A stretch of 64,000 bases of DNA from Myxococcota bacterium (lineage in GTDB: Bacteria; Myxococcota; Myxococcia; Myxococcales; Myxococcaceae), in contig JBMORE010000162.1 of NCBI GenBank assembly GCA_049322255.1, positions 1 through 64,000 of the forward strand, given 5' to 3'. The notes below the pieces were generated by a model. The model searched no databases. It saw only the letters and a program-made list of their open reading frames with translations, and had not been told where the DNA came from. Shown one piece after another: positions 9,224 to 21,836 of the stretch. Each line of letters opens with the position of its first letter. Positions within the stretch are counted from its first letter, which is position 1. Position numbers and translations under genes: made by a program.

Positions 9224-10510
9224 CTAGCGATTCGCGTTGAGGCGATCGAGCGCGCGCAGACAGGCGACCTTCAGCCGGTCGTCGTTCAAGAAGAAGGCGG
9301 TCACCCGTGAGCGGCCTTCGACCAGGGCTGCCAACGCGCGGCGATACTCGGCGATGGCGTCGGCCCGCTCCTGGCGCTGCTCGAGAAGCATCGCCAAAAG
9401 GTACCGTGCCTGAGCGAAGTGCGGGTCCAAGTAGACGCAGCGGCGCAGCCCCTTCTCGGTCTGCTCGTCGCTTTCCCCCGCCGCCGCCCAGTCGAGCACC
9501 AGCTGGAAGATCGCCAACGCCTCGGCCCGCGGGTCATCTGAGGTAGGTGCAGGAAAAGAGGTCGGCAGCTCCTTCTTCGCCGGCGGCTCCCGGGGGCCCA
9601 CGGAAGCTGGCAAAGGGAGCGCCTCGATGCGCGGCACCTCCCCGCTCACCGTGCGCGCGACGACGGCAGGTACTTCATCGGTGATGGGGCGTACGCGCTC
9701 ACCAGGCTTGGGGCGCCGGTAGAAGAAGGCCTGGTCGCAGCGCACGGTGGTCAGCTGCGGGAAGGGTTTGAGGATCGGCTCGGCTGCCGAGAGGACCAGG
9801 GTAGCGCCATCGGCGAGACGGTCGGCCAAACCGGTGACGGTGCGGTCGAAGGCGTTCTCGGTGAAGTAGATGAGCACGTTGCGGCAGAAGATGACGTCAA
9901 AGCCCTTCCCGGCGGGCGCGAGCGGGTAGGGAAAGTCCATCAAATTGTGGCGCTGGAAGGTGGCGCGCCCGCGCAGCTCGGCCGACAGCTCGAAACGCCC
10001 GTTCTTCTCTCGGAAGTATCGCGCCTTGATCTCGGAAGATACCCGGCGCATCAGCTCGGGGTGAAAGCAGAGCGTGCTCGCCTCCTTGAGCGCCGCCGCA
10101 GAGATGTCGGTGCCCAACACCGTGCTCTCAGGGTGGGCGCCCGCCTCTGCCAGGAGGATGAGCAGCGTGGCGACCTCTTCTCCAGTGGCGCAGCCGGCGC
10201 TCCACAACCGTAAGGGACGATCCAACCCGGCCAGCTCCCGAAGCACATGCTTCTTGAAGGCCTCCAGCTGCACTTCGTCGCGAAACAGGTCGGTCTTGTG
10301 CACCGAGATCGACGCCATCAGCTCGGCGAGCTCGGCAGCGCCGTTGGCGGAGCGCAAGAATGCGAGGTACTGCTCCTCGGTGCGGCCGGCCAGGCGCAGG
10401 TCGAGGGCCGCGAGCAGGCGGCTGGTCTGCTGCCGTGACAGCGCGCTCCCGGTGCGCTCGGCGACGTACGCGCACACCGGTGAGAGCGCGCTGGTTTGGA
10501 ATCGCGCCAA
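9224..10510 (-). CDS. cheR: CheR methyltransferase with C-terminal TPR (Che3-type)
   Basis: TDLFRD, WSAGCATGEE, GTDIS, DVIFCRNVLIYF; TPR tail. Confidence 0.92.
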   Translation of the reverse strand: MARFQTSALSPVCAYVAERTGSALSRQQTSRLLAALDLRLAGRTEEQYLAFLRSANGAAELAELMASISVHKTDLFRDEVQLEAFKKHVLRELAGLDRPLRLWSAGCATGEEVATLLILLAEAGAHPESTVLGTDISAAALKEASTLCFHPELMRRVSSEIKARYFREKNGRFELSAELRGRATFQRHNLMDFPYPLAPAGKGFDVIFCRNVLIYFTENAFDRTVTGLADRLADGATLVLSAAEPILKPFPQLTTVRCDQAFFYRRPKPGERVRPITDEVPAVVARTVSGEVPRIEALPLPASVGPREPPAKKELPTSFPAPTSDDPRAEALAIFQLVLDWAAAGESDEQTEKGLRRCVYLDPHFAQARYLLAMLLEQRQERADAIAEYRRALAALVEGRSRVTAFFLNDDRLKVACLRALDRLNANR

Positions 10511-10516
10511 GGTGGG

Positions 10517-11596
10517 CTAGCCCTTCGCGGTGGACGCCTCGCCTCGCGCCAGCTTGAGCAGCTCTGCTGACAGCTCGTCGGCGTGGACGATCGAATCCAC
10601 CGCCTTCTTGGCGATGGCGGCGCCGGGCATGCCGAACACCACGCAGGACTCTTGGCTTTGGGCAATCGTCTTGCCGCCGGCGTTCTTGATCGCCAGCATA
10701 CCCTCGGCGCCGTCGCTGCCCATGCCGGTGAGAATCATGCCCACCGTGCGCCGCCCGTACACCCTCGCCGCGCTCTCCAGGAGTGTCGACGCCGAGGGAA
10801 TGTGCCCCTCGCGCGGCTCTCCGGGCCTCAAGGCGATGCGGCCGCGCGACAGAATGCACATGTGCGCGTTGGGCGGGGCGATCAGCACCTCGCCGGGGAG
10901 CATCGCGTCGCCGTCCTTGGCGACCCTGATCTTCAGCTTCGAAGAGGCCGCCAGCCACCCGGCGAGCGACTCGGCGAAAGCGGCGTTGATGTGCTGCACC
11001 ATGACGATCGGGGCGGGAAAATCGCCTGGCAGCTCGGAAAAGAGCTTGTGCACCACTTGGGGGCCGCCCGTGGAGCTGGCGATCGCCACCAGCCCGATGG
11101 GAGAGGTGGAAAAGGCGGCCACGTCGGCGGCGGTCGAGACCGCGGGAGCGGGCTTGGGAGGCACCTTCTTTCCGCCCAGCCCGCGCAGGTGGCGAATGAC
11201 CTTCACGCTGGAGAGCAGCTTCACCTCACGCGCCAGGTTCCACGCCTCGGGGCCGGCGTCGATCGCCGGTTTGACTTGCAGCGCCAGCGCCCCCAGCTCG
11301 AGCGCCTTGCAGGTGAGCTCCGGCGCCTGGTTGCGCGGGTCGGCGGTGAGCATCAGGATGGGGATGGGGTTGTCGGCCATGATTCGCTCGACCGCCGACA
11401 GCCCGTCCATCACCGGCATGTCCACGTCCATGGTGATGACCGCGGGCTGGAGCAACCGCGCGCGCTCCACCGCCTCGGCGCCGTCGGTGGCCACGCCGAC
11501 TACCTCGAGCTCGGGGTCCTTCTTCAGCGCCCCCGCAATCAGCTGGCGGCAGATAGGTGAATCGTCGACGACCAGAACTCCGACTTTCTTACCCAT
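10517..11596 (-). CDS. cheB: CheB methylesterase (REC + CheB)
   Basis: VLVVDDS; catalytic S/H/D motifs [22 protein letters not shown]. Confidence 0.95.
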   Translation of the reverse strand: MGKKVGVLVVDDSPICRQLIAGALKKDPELEVVGVATDGAEAVERARLLQPAVITMDVDMPVMDGLSAVERIMADNPIPILMLTADPRNQAPELTCKALELGALALQVKPAIDAGPEAWNLAREVKLLSSVKVIRHLRGLGGKKVPPKPAPAVSTAADVAAFSTSPIGLVAIASSTGGPQVVHKLFSELPGDFPAPIVMVQHINAAFAESLAGWLAASSKLKIRVAKDGDAMLPGEVLIAPPNAHMCILSRGRIALRPGEPREGHIPSASTLLESAARVYGRRTVGMILTGMGSDGAEGMLAIKNAGGKTIAQSQESCVVFGMPGAAIAKKAVDSIVHADELSAELLKLARGEASTAKG

Positions 11597-11651
11597 GCTT
11601 TCCTCAATGACGGACCGCCAGCATAGCTGTCTTGACGGCGTGCGTCTGCCA

Positions 11652-13862
11652 TCACCCCAACAGCCGTGCCACCACGTCCACCAAGTCTTGCCGCACCAGG
11701 TCGCCTTTGGCGATGTACCCGTCGGCGCCAGCCTCCATTCCCCGCCGGCGGTCGGTGTCTCCGCCGCGGGTGGTGATGATGATCACCGGCAGCGAGCGCA
11801 AGGTGGGGTGGCTCTTCACCCGCCGGGTGAGCTCGAGCCCGTCCATGCGAGGCATTTCCAGGTCGGTGACCACGATGTCTATCTGGTCGCGCTGCAACCG
11901 CTCGAAGGCTTCCACCCCGTCGTTGGCGTTGAGAATTTCGTAACCCACCGCCTCGAGCAACGAGGAGATGAGCTCGCGCGTGAGAGGCGAGTCGTCGACG
12001 ACCAAAATGCGCCGCCGATGCTCTTCCGGGCCCTTGGGGGCGAAGGTGGCGGAGAGCTTCGCCGCGCTCACACCCTGGGCGGTGGCGATGAGGTGCGCCG
12101 CCGAGAGCACCATCGCCAAGCTTCCGTCGGCCAGCGAGGTGGCGCCGGACAGGTGCTTGAAGCGGGAAAGCATGCCCCTCAAGGGAAGAATCGGCTGCAC
12201 CCGCTCTTCGAGCACACGGTCGACCGAGATGGCAGCGGTCGACCCCTGCCCGCGCACCAGCAGCACCAGCTCGCCCTCGGTGGGTGGCCGCTCGGGAGCC
12301 ATGCCGAGAATCGAGGCGATCGAGGCGAAGGGCAAGACCTGGTCGTCGAAGGAAATGGCCGGGCGCCCAGCCAACTCGCGGACCTGCTCCTTGTGCACCT
12401 TGAGGGCGTGCACCACGTGCGCGGCGGTGATGCACAGCCGCTCCTCTCCCGCCTCGATGAACAACAACGGCGCCACAGTGAGGGACACCGGGGCGCGCAG
12501 CTCGAAGGTCGACCCGCGCCCGGGAATGGAGGCCACGGTGACCTCCCCTCCCAACGCCAAAAGCCGGGTACGCACCGCGTCGAGGCCCACCCCGCGGCCC
12601 GAGATGTCCGAGGTCTCTTCCCGCGAGGAGAACCCGGCGACGAAGATGAGGTCGCGCGCTGCCGCCTCTGACAGCGCCCCCGCCGTCGCCTCGTCGAGCA
12701 TCCCCTTCTTCACCGCCGCTGCCTTCAGCTCGGCAGGGTCGATGCCGCGGCCGTCGTCCTCCACCGTGAGGACAATCCGCTCTCCGTCGCGGGCGGCGCG
12801 CAAGGTGAGGTGGCCGCGCGGGGCCTTGCCCGCACGCTGACGCGACTCGCGATCCTCCATCCCGTGATCGATCGCGTTGCGCACCAGGTGGAGCAGTGGG
12901 TCTCGCAGGGCCTCGACCACCCCGCGGTCGGCGCGGGTGTCTTCTCCCTCGACCACCAGGTCGACCTCTTTGCCCAGCTCGCGCGCCAGGTCGCGCACCA
13001 TTCGCGGGTAGGGCTCGAAGAGAACCGAGAGCGGGAGCATGCGCAGCTCCTGCACCTCCTCGGAGAGCTGGGTGAGGTCGCGCAGCTCCTCGTTGGCGAG
13101 CAGCTTGCCCTCTCGGTGCAGGTCGAAGGCCAGGGTCTTGGCGCGGTTGAGCCGCGCCGCCAGCCCCGCCAGCTGCGGCCCCAAGTCTTCGGCGACCCGG
13201 GCGATGTGCGACAGCTCGCGCGCCAGCTCCAGCCTCCGAGAGGCGACCAGCTCCCGCCGCCGGGAAATTTGGTTCAAGTTGGTCACCGCGCCCGTGAGCA
13301 GATCGAGGCTCTTCTGCCCGATGCGTACCCCGCCTTCGAGCTTGGCCTCCACCGGTCGGGCGCGCCCCCCCGTGCTCTCCGGCGCCACTGGAGCCGAGGT
13401 GGGCGTTGCTGCCGCCGCCTGCACGTTCTTCGCGGCCTGCGCGGTGGCGCTCTTTTCGGTCAGGGGAGCTCCACCCGCGCGCGCTGCCTCGGCGGCGGTG
13501 CGCTGCTTGAGCCATTCCAGAAGCTTCGCCACTTCGGGAGGATTCCCTTGTGCCGCGCCCGAGAGCACCATCACCGCGTCGGAGCAAACGAAGAGCGCGT
13601 CGGTCGAGCCCCCGGTCAGCACGAAGCCCAAGGGCTCGGCGGCGCGCACCAAGCCCTCCATCTCGTGCACCAGCGCGCTGACCTCGGAAAAGCCCATCAT
13701 CCGCGCCTCGCCCTTGAGGCCGTGCAGCTCGCGCAAGGCGTTTCTGCCCGCCTGGGGGTTGGGCCCCGCTTCCAGCTCCACCAGGTCGCGGCCGATCTTC
13801 TCCAGCCGCTCTCCCACCAGCTCGCGGAATTGCGTCAACAACTTGTCGCGCGAGGAGGCCAC
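11652..13862 (-). CDS. cheA: Hybrid CheA-CheY histidine kinase
   Basis: Hpt [29 protein letters not shown]; CheW domain; C-terminal REC (ILVVDDS, DLEMP). Confidence 0.95.
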   Translation of the reverse strand: MASSRDKLLTQFRELVGERLEKIGRDLVELEAGPNPQAGRNALRELHGLKGEARMMGFSEVSALVHEMEGLVRAAEPLGFVLTGGSTDALFVCSDAVMVLSGAAQGNPPEVAKLLEWLKQRTAAEAARAGGAPLTEKSATAQAAKNVQAAAATPTSAPVAPESTGGRARPVEAKLEGGVRIGQKSLDLLTGAVTNLNQISRRRELVASRRLELARELSHIARVAEDLGPQLAGLAARLNRAKTLAFDLHREGKLLANEELRDLTQLSEEVQELRMLPLSVLFEPYPRMVRDLARELGKEVDLVVEGEDTRADRGVVEALRDPLLHLVRNAIDHGMEDRESRQRAGKAPRGHLTLRAARDGERIVLTVEDDGRGIDPAELKAAAVKKGMLDEATAGALSEAAARDLIFVAGFSSREETSDISGRGVGLDAVRTRLLALGGEVTVASIPGRGSTFELRAPVSLTVAPLLFIEAGEERLCITAAHVVHALKVHKEQVRELAGRPAISFDDQVLPFASIASILGMAPERPPTEGELVLLVRGQGSTAAISVDRVLEERVQPILPLRGMLSRFKHLSGATSLADGSLAMVLSAAHLIATAQGVSAAKLSATFAPKGPEEHRRRILVVDDSPLTRELISSLLEAVGYEILNANDGVEAFERLQRDQIDIVVTDLEMPRMDGLELTRRVKSHPTLRSLPVIIITTRGGDTDRRRGMEAGADGYIAKGDLVRQDLVDVVARLLG

Positions 13863-13868
13863 GTTCGT

Positions 13869-15647
13869 TCACCTCACCTGGAAGCGGTCGACCGCCCCTT
13901 GGAGGTCTTTGGCCAGCCCGCACAGGTCGACGTTGGCGCTGGTGACCTGCCTGCTCGCCGCCAGGCTCTGCTGGGTGCCGCGAAGGATGTCCGCCATCGC
14001 CTCGGCGAGCTGGCCGGTGCTGGTCTGCTGCTGCTGGGTGGCCAACGAGATGGCGCGCACCGCGTCCGAGGTGCGCCCGGCGAGATCGACGATGCGCTGC
14101 AGCGCCGCAGAAACCGAGTCCGCCAAGCCCGCGCTGCTCTCCGCCGCCGAAAGCCCCACTTCCGTGGTGTCCACCGCGACCCGAGTGGCGACGCGAATCT
14201 CGTCGATCAACCCCTCGATTTCGCTGGTCGACTCGAGCACGTTCTCCGCCAAACGCCGTATCTCCCCCGCCACCAGGGAGAAACCCCGGCCCACCTCCAC
14301 CGCCTTGGTGCCTTCCAGCTCCGCATTGAGCGCGAGCAGGTCGGACTTGTCGGCCACCGCGTCGATGAACTCGACGATGCGGCCGATCTGCTGCACTCTC
14401 TTCGACAACCTGACCACCGCAGCGCCGATCGCCTGCGTGTCCTGACGCATGCGGCCCATGGAGGCGGAGAAGGCCTTGGCGTTCTCCATTCCTCCGCGCG
14501 CCGCCCCCACGGTACGTTCGGCGAGCGCCAAGACGTTGGCCGCGTTGTCGGCGATCTGCGCGGCGCTTCGAGCGAGCTCCTCGGTGGCGGCCGACGTCTC
14601 GTTGAGCGCGCTGGCCTGCTCGCTCGCCCCCGCCTCGTAGCGCACCGAGGTGGCGACGATCTGCTCGGTGGTGCTGCCGATGCGCACCCCCGCACGCTGC
14701 AGCTCGGTGAGCACCTTGGCCAGGTTTTCATGCATCACGGTGAAGGCGGCGGCGACCGACCACACCTCGTCCTCGGCGGCGATCACCTTCACCTTCCCCA
14801 GCTCACCTTTGGCGATGCGGGAAGCCTCCTCGGCGACCCGGCGCATCGGCCCCCCCAACGCGGTCCCGGCCGCGTAAGCAGCCGCCATTGCCAGCGCGAA
14901 GACAATCCCGCACAAGACCACCAGCTTCTGAGCGGTGCCATTCCACTCCGCCTCGGCCACCGCCCGCCGCGCCGCGGGGTCGGCCTGCGCCATCACCGCC
15001 GCGACTCCTTTTTTGGCGAGCGTGTTGCCGACGTCGGCGGTGAGCACCGCGGGCACGATGACCAGGATGGCGGTGAACGCCACCAGCCGCGCGCGAATCT
15101 GCGAGCGCTTGGGCGGCAGCGTGGCCAAGACCTGCACGGGAGAGAGGCCTGCGGCGGCGATTTCTTCGATCACCACGCGCCCGCGCAACGAGCACCACAG
15201 CCACGCCAGCACCGAGCTCAAGGGACCAAAGAGCACGCCTAACGAGAAGACGCGTCCAAAGAGCGCAAAACCGCCGCCGACGAGCACCGCGGTCGCCGCT
15301 CCCAGCACCGCCGCTCCCAGCACCCACAGCACCACCCCCTGCACGAAGAGGAAGTCTGCGGCGCCGGCCACTTCTTGCACCGCGCGGGACAGGTGGGCGG
15401 CATCGTGCGGGGCCGCCCCCACCCCCAGCGCCCGCAAAGTCTCGAGCTTGCGCGCGGCGTTCAACGTCCCCAAGACGGTGCAGGTGAAAATGACCAGCAA
15501 GGCCAGCCAAACGAACGTCGTCGCCCCGTGGGCCGGCAAGCCGAGGGTGAGCACCCCGTCGTAAGCCGCGACCACGGCGGCGAGGGCCTGCCCCAAGGTC
15601 GAAGGCGCGATGAGCCAGCGCCCTTTTCCTTCCAGCGGCGATTTCAT
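13869..15647 (-). CDS. Methyl-accepting chemoreceptor (Mcp3B-like)
   Basis: Multi-TM N-terminus, HAMP, signalling tip LLALNAELEGTKAVEVGRGF. Confidence 0.9.
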   Translation of the reverse strand: MKSPLEGKGRWLIAPSTLGQALAAVVAAYDGVLTLGLPAHGATTFVWLALLVIFTCTVLGTLNAARKLETLRALGVGAAPHDAAHLSRAVQEVAGAADFLFVQGVVLWVLGAAVLGAATAVLVGGGFALFGRVFSLGVLFGPLSSVLAWLWCSLRGRVVIEEIAAAGLSPVQVLATLPPKRSQIRARLVAFTAILVIVPAVLTADVGNTLAKKGVAAVMAQADPAARRAVAEAEWNGTAQKLVVLCGIVFALAMAAAYAAGTALGGPMRRVAEEASRIAKGELGKVKVIAAEDEVWSVAAAFTVMHENLAKVLTELQRAGVRIGSTTEQIVATSVRYEAGASEQASALNETSAATEELARSAAQIADNAANVLALAERTVGAARGGMENAKAFSASMGRMRQDTQAIGAAVVRLSKRVQQIGRIVEFIDAVADKSDLLALNAELEGTKAVEVGRGFSLVAGEIRRLAENVLESTSEIEGLIDEIRVATRVAVDTTEVGLSAAESSAGLADSVSAALQRIVDLAGRTSDAVRAISLATQQQQTSTGQLAEAMADILRGTQQSLAASRQVTSANVDLCGLAKDLQGAVDRFQVR

Positions 15648-17437
15648 CCGCTCACCTGGAACCGCTCCACCACCTGCTCGAGGTCGCGGGAAAGGGTGGA
15701 GAGATCGACGTTGGCCGCGGCAATTTGCCGGGTGGCATCGGTGCCCGCCTGGGTCGAGCGCAACAAATCGGTCATCGCCTCGGCGAGCTGGTCGGTGCCG
15801 GTCTGCTGCTGGTGGGTCGCCACCGACATCGACTTCACCGCCTCGGAGGTCTCTTGGGCGAGAGCGACGATCTCCGCCAAGCTGGAGGAGACATGCGCCG
15901 AGAGCGCAGCGCCGGCCTCGGTCGCCTTCACCCCTGCCTCAGTGGCCATCACCGCGGCATTGGTGGCATCGCGAATCTCCTCGATCAGTCGGCCAATCTC
16001 CTTGGTCGAGCCCAGCACGCTCTCCGCCAGGCGACGCATCTCGGCGGCGACCAGGGAGAAGCCGCGGCCCACCTCCCCCGCCTTGGTGCCCTCCAGCTCG
16101 GCGTTGAGGGCCAACAGGTCGGACTTGTCGGCGATGCCGTCGATGAACTCGACGATCTTGCCAATCTGCTGCACCCGTTTGTTCAACCGAACCACGGCGT
16201 CGGCGATCGCTTGGTTGTCCGAGCGCATCTTCCCCATCGAGGCGCGGAAGTGATCGGCGCTTTTCTTCCCAAAGAGCGCGGCTCCCAGCGTCTCCTCGGC
16301 GATCTTGGCCACCTCGGAGGCGTTGCCGGAGATGTGCCGCGCGCTCCTTGCCAGCTCCTCGGTGGTGGCCGAGGTCTGCGCGAGCGCGCTGGTCTGCTCG
16401 CTGGCGCCCTCCTTGTGCCTCCCCGAGCTGGCCACCAGCTTCTCGGTCGTGGAGGAGATCGCCAACCCGGCACGGCGCAGCTGCAAGACCGCCTCGATGA
16501 GCTGGGCCTGCATGGCGGTGAAGGCGGCGGCGGCGGCCCACACCTCGTCCTCGGCGGGAATGACCCGTACGCGGGTCAAGTCGCCGCCGGCGATGCGGGT
16601 GGCCTCGTCGGCGATGGCCTTCATCGGCCGACCGAGCACGCTGCCGGCGACGAAGCCAGAGCCGATGACCAGGAGGATGACCATCGCCCCCATCGCCACT
16701 CCCGGCAGCACCGTCTCCTGCCGGCGAACACCGAGCACGGCGTGCTGCTCCGTGGGCGTGTCCGCGGCGAGCAGACGCTCCATGGTGCGATCGGCGTTTT
16801 GCAAGGTGACGTCGGCGATGAGCACGGTGGGGGTGAGCACGGCGACGGCGGTGAAGAGCATCAGCCTGCGGCGCAGGTGCAAGCGGCGCGGCGGAACTGC
16901 TTCGATCACCTCGGCCGCAGACAAACCGGCGTCGGCGAGGCGTTCGACCGCCTGCCGAGCCCGGCCGATCACCGCCAGGTGAGTGAACAGCGCGGTCACC
17001 GGGGCGAGAACGATTCCCAAGAAGACGATCCGTGCCGATAGCTCCCAGCTCACCGAAGGGACGAAGCCGTACGAGACGCCAATCACCACCACGCCCGCGC
17101 ACCAATGCTCCAGCGCGACTCGGAGCGCACGATCCGCAAAGGCCGACACCTCGACCACCGCGGCGCGCAGGTGGGCACGGGTGAGGGCCAACTCACCGCG
17201 GCCGATGGCTCGCAAGGTGCTCAGAAAGGCCTGTTCCCGAAAGTCTCCCCACACGGAGGCCGCCACCGCGACGACCGCCACCATGCCCACGAGCCACCAC
17301 CGGGTGCCCGGGGGCAGCTCGAGGGTGGCGACGCCGTAGAGCACCGCCAGGGCCGCCCCCAACAGCCCGGCGAAGGTGGAGGGGAGCGAGACCCACCGCG
17401 AAGTGCCGGCGAAAGGGTTGGCTTGCTTTTGGCTCAT
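15644..17437 (-). CDS. Methyl-accepting chemoreceptor (Mcp3A-like)
   Basis: Multi-TM N-terminus, HAMP, LLALNAELEGTKAGEVGRGF; ATG at 17437 overlaps upstream stop. Confidence 0.9.
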   Translation of the reverse strand: MSQKQANPFAGTSRWVSLPSTFAGLLGAALAVLYGVATLELPPGTRWWLVGMVAVVAVAASVWGDFREQAFLSTLRAIGRGELALTRAHLRAAVVEVSAFADRALRVALEHWCAGVVVIGVSYGFVPSVSWELSARIVFLGIVLAPVTALFTHLAVIGRARQAVERLADAGLSAAEVIEAVPPRRLHLRRRLMLFTAVAVLTPTVLIADVTLQNADRTMERLLAADTPTEQHAVLGVRRQETVLPGVAMGAMVILLVIGSGFVAGSVLGRPMKAIADEATRIAGGDLTRVRVIPAEDEVWAAAAAFTAMQAQLIEAVLQLRRAGLAISSTTEKLVASSGRHKEGASEQTSALAQTSATTEELARSARHISGNASEVAKIAEETLGAALFGKKSADHFRASMGKMRSDNQAIADAVVRLNKRVQQIGKIVEFIDGIADKSDLLALNAELEGTKAGEVGRGFSLVAAEMRRLAESVLGSTKEIGRLIEEIRDATNAAVMATEAGVKATEAGAALSAHVSSSLAEIVALAQETSEAVKSMSVATHQQQTGTDQLAEAMTDLLRSTQAGTDATRQIAAANVDLSTLSRDLEQVVERFQVSG

Positions 17438-17778
17438 GCCTCCCCTTTCTGGTGCACGAAGCGGGCGTAAGCCTGCAGGTCGAGCACCGGCCACAGCTGC
17501 GTCCCCAGCGACACGAAGCCGCGCAGCGCGCCCCCTGCTCCTCCCGCCAAAAGCGAAGGCGTGGGCAGCAACGCAAAGGTGTCGGGCTGAATCTCCAAGC
17601 TGTCCACCCAGACCGCCTCACCCGTGGGCGCGATCAGCACCTTGGGCCGACCGGAGCGTGGCTCGGTCTGTCTGCCGCGCGCCGAGTCGAGCGCTGTCAC
17701 CTCGGTGGCCAAGAAGGCCAGCCGCGCCGGCCCCACGCGACACAAAACCAGCCCCGCCACCTGGAGCTCGGGATTCAA
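17434..17778 (-). CDS. Short divergent CheW-like protein
   Basis: 114 aa beta-rich; C-terminal LRGFVSLG..LWPVLDL CheW-like; position in che operon. Confidence 0.6.
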   Translation of the reverse strand: MNPELQVAGLVLCRVGPARLAFLATEVTALDSARGRQTEPRSGRPKVLIAPTGEAVWVDSLEIQPDTFALLPTPSLLAGGAGGALRGFVSLGTQLWPVLDLQAYARFVHQKGEA

Positions 17779-18198
17779 TCACCCTCCCTGGCTCAAGAGC
17801 TCGAAGAGCCCCTCAGGCTCGATCACCGCCACGTCGTTGACACCGGCTTTGGCGGGCCCGCGGAGATACATCTGCACCCCGGTCTGCCCGAGGGGCTCGA
17901 ACGTGCCCGACACCGCCGAGACCCCCGCCACCTTGCTCGCGGTGAGCGCCATCGTTCCCCGGGGCAGCCGAAGCAGCACCGCGCGACTGCTGCTCTCCGG
18001 TTTGCCGCCCACCAGCGCCGCCAGGTCGACCACGGGAATGACCTCTCCCCGGTGTGCGAAGACACCCAACAGGTGCGCCGGTGCTCCGGGCACCCGGGTC
18101 AGCTCGGGGAAGGTGACGACTTCCTCCGCCCGTTCGGCGGGGACGGCATACCAGCTAGGGCCACACGCGAAGACGAGGTGGTGACGCGTCTCGGACAT
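17779..18198 (-). CDS. cheW: CheW-like protein (CrdC/CheW3-like)
   Basis: TRVPGAPAHLLGVFAHRGEVIPVVDL CheW signature. Confidence 0.9.
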   Translation of the reverse strand: MSETRHHLVFACGPSWYAVPAERAEEVVTFPELTRVPGAPAHLLGVFAHRGEVIPVVDLAALVGGKPESSSRAVLLRLPRGTMALTASKVAGVSAVSGTFEPLGQTGVQMYLRGPAKAGVNDVAVIEPEGLFELLSQGG

Positions 18199-18225
18199 GG
18201 GCCACGCGTCATAGCAGCTTTTTCT

Positions 18226-18927
18226 CTACCGCTTGGTGAATTCCACCCGGCGGTTCGCCGCCCAGGCCTCCTCGGTGGAGGCCCCGACGGCCGGGCGCTC
18301 CTCACCGTAACCCACCGTCTCCAGCGCCGATGCCGATACGCCCAGGTCGGTGAGGTAGCGCTTCACCGATGCCGCGCGCCGGTTGGAGAGCTGGAGGTTG
18401 TACTCCTCGGTGCCCCGCTCGTCGGCGTGACCCTCGATGGTCAGCCGCACCTTCTGCTTCTTGACGCACTCGGCGAGCGCGTCGAGGCGGGCACGCGCCT
18501 CCGCGGTGAGCGAGTGCTCGTTGAAGCCGAAGCGCACCGGGGCGTAGTCGCACGCAGCGGGCTCCACGCACTGGCCTTCCTGGCACTCCTGGCCGCTGGG
18601 GCAGTCGGCCGCGGTGGTGCACTCGGGTTTGGGCGCCTCCACCTGGGTGGAAACGCACTTGCCGTTCCTGCACGCCTTGCCGGTGCCGCAGTCGGCGTCG
18701 GAGACGCACTCGGGCTTGGGCACGCACTTGTTGCCCTCGCACACGAAGCCGCTCTTGCAGTTCTCATCGGTGGCGCACTCGACGCACTGCCCCTGCACAC
18801 ACACCTCACCGTGCTCTTTGCAGTGCTCGTCCGATTCACACTTGGGGTAGGTGGGGGGACAGGCGGTCAAAAGCCCCAAGCCCGTGGCCAAAGCGGCCAT
18901 TGCCGCAGCGCGTCCAAGTCCTCGCAT
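18226..18927 (-). CDS. crdB: Cys-rich repeat + Pal/OmpA peptidoglycan-binding lipoprotein (CrdB-like)
   Basis: Lipobox LTAC; repeated C-x5-C-x5-C-x4-C units; EGHADERGTEEYNLQLSNRRA...NRRVEF; heads the che operon, divergent from the EBP. Confidence 0.8.
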   Translation of the reverse strand: MRGLGRAAAMAALATGLGLLTACPPTYPKCESDEHCKEHGEVCVQGQCVECATDENCKSGFVCEGNKCVPKPECVSDADCGTGKACRNGKCVSTQVEAPKPECTTAADCPSGQECQEGQCVEPAACDYAPVRFGFNEHSLTAEARARLDALAECVKKQKVRLTIEGHADERGTEEYNLQLSNRRAASVKRYLTDLGVSASALETVGYGEERPAVGASTEEAWAANRRVEFTKR

Positions 18928-19105
18928 CGAACCCCTCCGTGACGGCGAGATGTCGCCGGCTGTAGCCCTAGAGGGCCAATGAGTCAAAAGAAAACCGGTC
19001 TGTCGGTTGCAGCATCTGTCTCAAAGTGCCCGAAAAACCCATGAAACGTCGACTTATTTCCACAACGGTGCGGCAAAATGGCCACACCCGTTTCCCGGAG
19101 CCCCC

Positions 19106-20551
<1,446 letters not shown>

Positions 20552-20682
20552 TGAGCGATATGACGAATTTTCGAGCTGCGGTTTTCCTGTCCGGATTTTT
20601 TTGCGCATCGGTTTGGGGCAGAGAGCCACCTGCCTTCGCTCCTTTGGGCCTCGAGCTTGTCACCGCCCAGGACCCGTCGTCC

Positions 20683-20769
20683 GCCCTGGCTGAGCCCCAG
20701 CGGTCGCAGGAACTCTTCGACCAGCACTTCGCCAGGTTGAATGTTGCGGAGTCTCTTGGCTCTCGGCAT
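20683..20769 (-). pseudogene. higA: N-terminal fragment of HigA-family antitoxin
   Basis: MPRAKRLRNIQPGEVLVEEFLRPLGLSQ matches the HigA start (HPGExLxEEFLxPxGLSQ); similarity ends before the HTH; no higB upstream. Confidence 0.6.
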
Positions 20770-20854
20770 GGCAAGACCTCAGCTGCAATGACCCCACTAT
20801 GGAGCAGTTGGGCGCTGGACCATTCCGGGGCAGTGGAGTAGCAGTTGGCGGCGC

Positions 20855-21406
20855 ATGGAAGCTTCGCCCACAAGCCGCGAGCTGGCGGCCCAAATTCGCA
20901 CCGAGCTCGCCGACGCCGCGCCTGAGGGGTTGGCCTTCAGCGACCACGTCGTGCGCCAGAACTCCGCTCTCGAGCGCTTGGTCACCCAGCTGAAGTCCCA
21001 TGAGAACCCTGGCGAGGTCGGTCACGCGCTGGGCCACGCGGTGAACGAGGAGCGCGACGGCTGGACCTTGCTCAAGCTGCTCGAGGCGTGTGAGCAGCTG
21101 CAGACGCTCCCGGCGGCGCCCGCGTTGATGGCGCTGGCCAAAGAGCCCCCCGGTAGCGGTGACCGCGCCCGCTTTCTTGCGGGCAGAGCGTGCGAGGTCT
21201 TGCTCAAGCTCCCTCTCGACTACCCAACGCGGCTTGTGGCTAACGAGGTGTGCAAGGGGCCGCTAGGGGACATCAACCGCTTTCGCATGGGCGCCGAGCG
21301 CGCGCGCACCCTGCACCGGCCCCGCCGTGTCGAGTGGACGCTGCTCGTCGTGCTGATGGCAATCGGGCTGGCCGGGTTCATCTACGTGATGGCGACTTTG
21401 AGGTGA
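20855..21406 (+). CDS. Hypothetical helical protein with C-terminal TM segment
   Basis: 183-aa ORF with typical codon bias; hydrophobic C-terminus WTLLVVLMAIGLAGFIYV. Confidence 0.7.
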   Translation: MEASPTSRELAAQIRTELADAAPEGLAFSDHVVRQNSALERLVTQLKSHENPGEVGHALGHAVNEERDGWTLLKLLEACEQLQTLPAAPALMALAKEPPGSGDRARFLAGRACEVLLKLPLDYPTRLVANEVCKGPLGDINRFRMGAERARTLHRPRRVEWTLLVVLMAIGLAGFIYVMATLR

Positions 21407-21408
21407 GC

Positions 21409-21831
21409 ATGGAATCGAGCACCGCGAACCTGGCCTGGGCGGCCCTGCGCGTCGTCTTCGGGCTGTCGATGGCCTTCTTTCACGGCTACTCCAAGGTGTT
21501 CGAAGGCGGAGCGGCGAAGCTTTTGGGCGCAGTGAATGCCTTGGGGATTCCCTTCCCCACCTTCTTCGCTTGGGCAGCGGCGCTCTCCGAGTTTGCTGGC
21601 GGGCTACTCCTCGCGCTGGGGCTTGCCACCCGCCCAGCGGCGGCGTTCATCGGCTGCACGATGCTGGTCGCGCTCTATCACCACACCGCCGACCCGTTCG
21701 CCCGCTCTGAGGTCGCCCTGCTCTACTTCACCGTGGCGGGCGCCGCAGTCGTCCTCGGCGGCGGTCGCTTCGCCCTCGACCGCTTCATTCGCCTGCGGCT
21801 GCCGCTTCAGGCGCGCGGAGCGGGTGGCTAA
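21409..21831 (+). CDS. DoxX-family membrane protein
   Basis: LRVVFGLSMAFFHGYSK...EFAGGLLLALGLATRPAA...GGGRFALD. Confidence 0.9.
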   Translation: MESSTANLAWAALRVVFGLSMAFFHGYSKVFEGGAAKLLGAVNALGIPFPTFFAWAAALSEFAGGLLLALGLATRPAAAFIGCTMLVALYHHTADPFARSEVALLYFTVAGAAVVLGGGRFALDRFIRLRLPLQARGAGG

Positions 21832-21836
21832 AGCCC

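Noticed and set aside
10530..15242. Very long plus-strand ORFs (713 aa, 810 aa) opposite the che genes
   Set aside because: Antisense shadows of GC-rich coding genes with no recognisable motifs; the same applies to most overlapping ORFs in the track.
9224..18198. Assignment as the Frz system
   Set aside because: Frz has one cytoplasmic receptor; two membrane MCPs, a Pal-like lipoprotein and a divergent NtrC regulator fit Che3.
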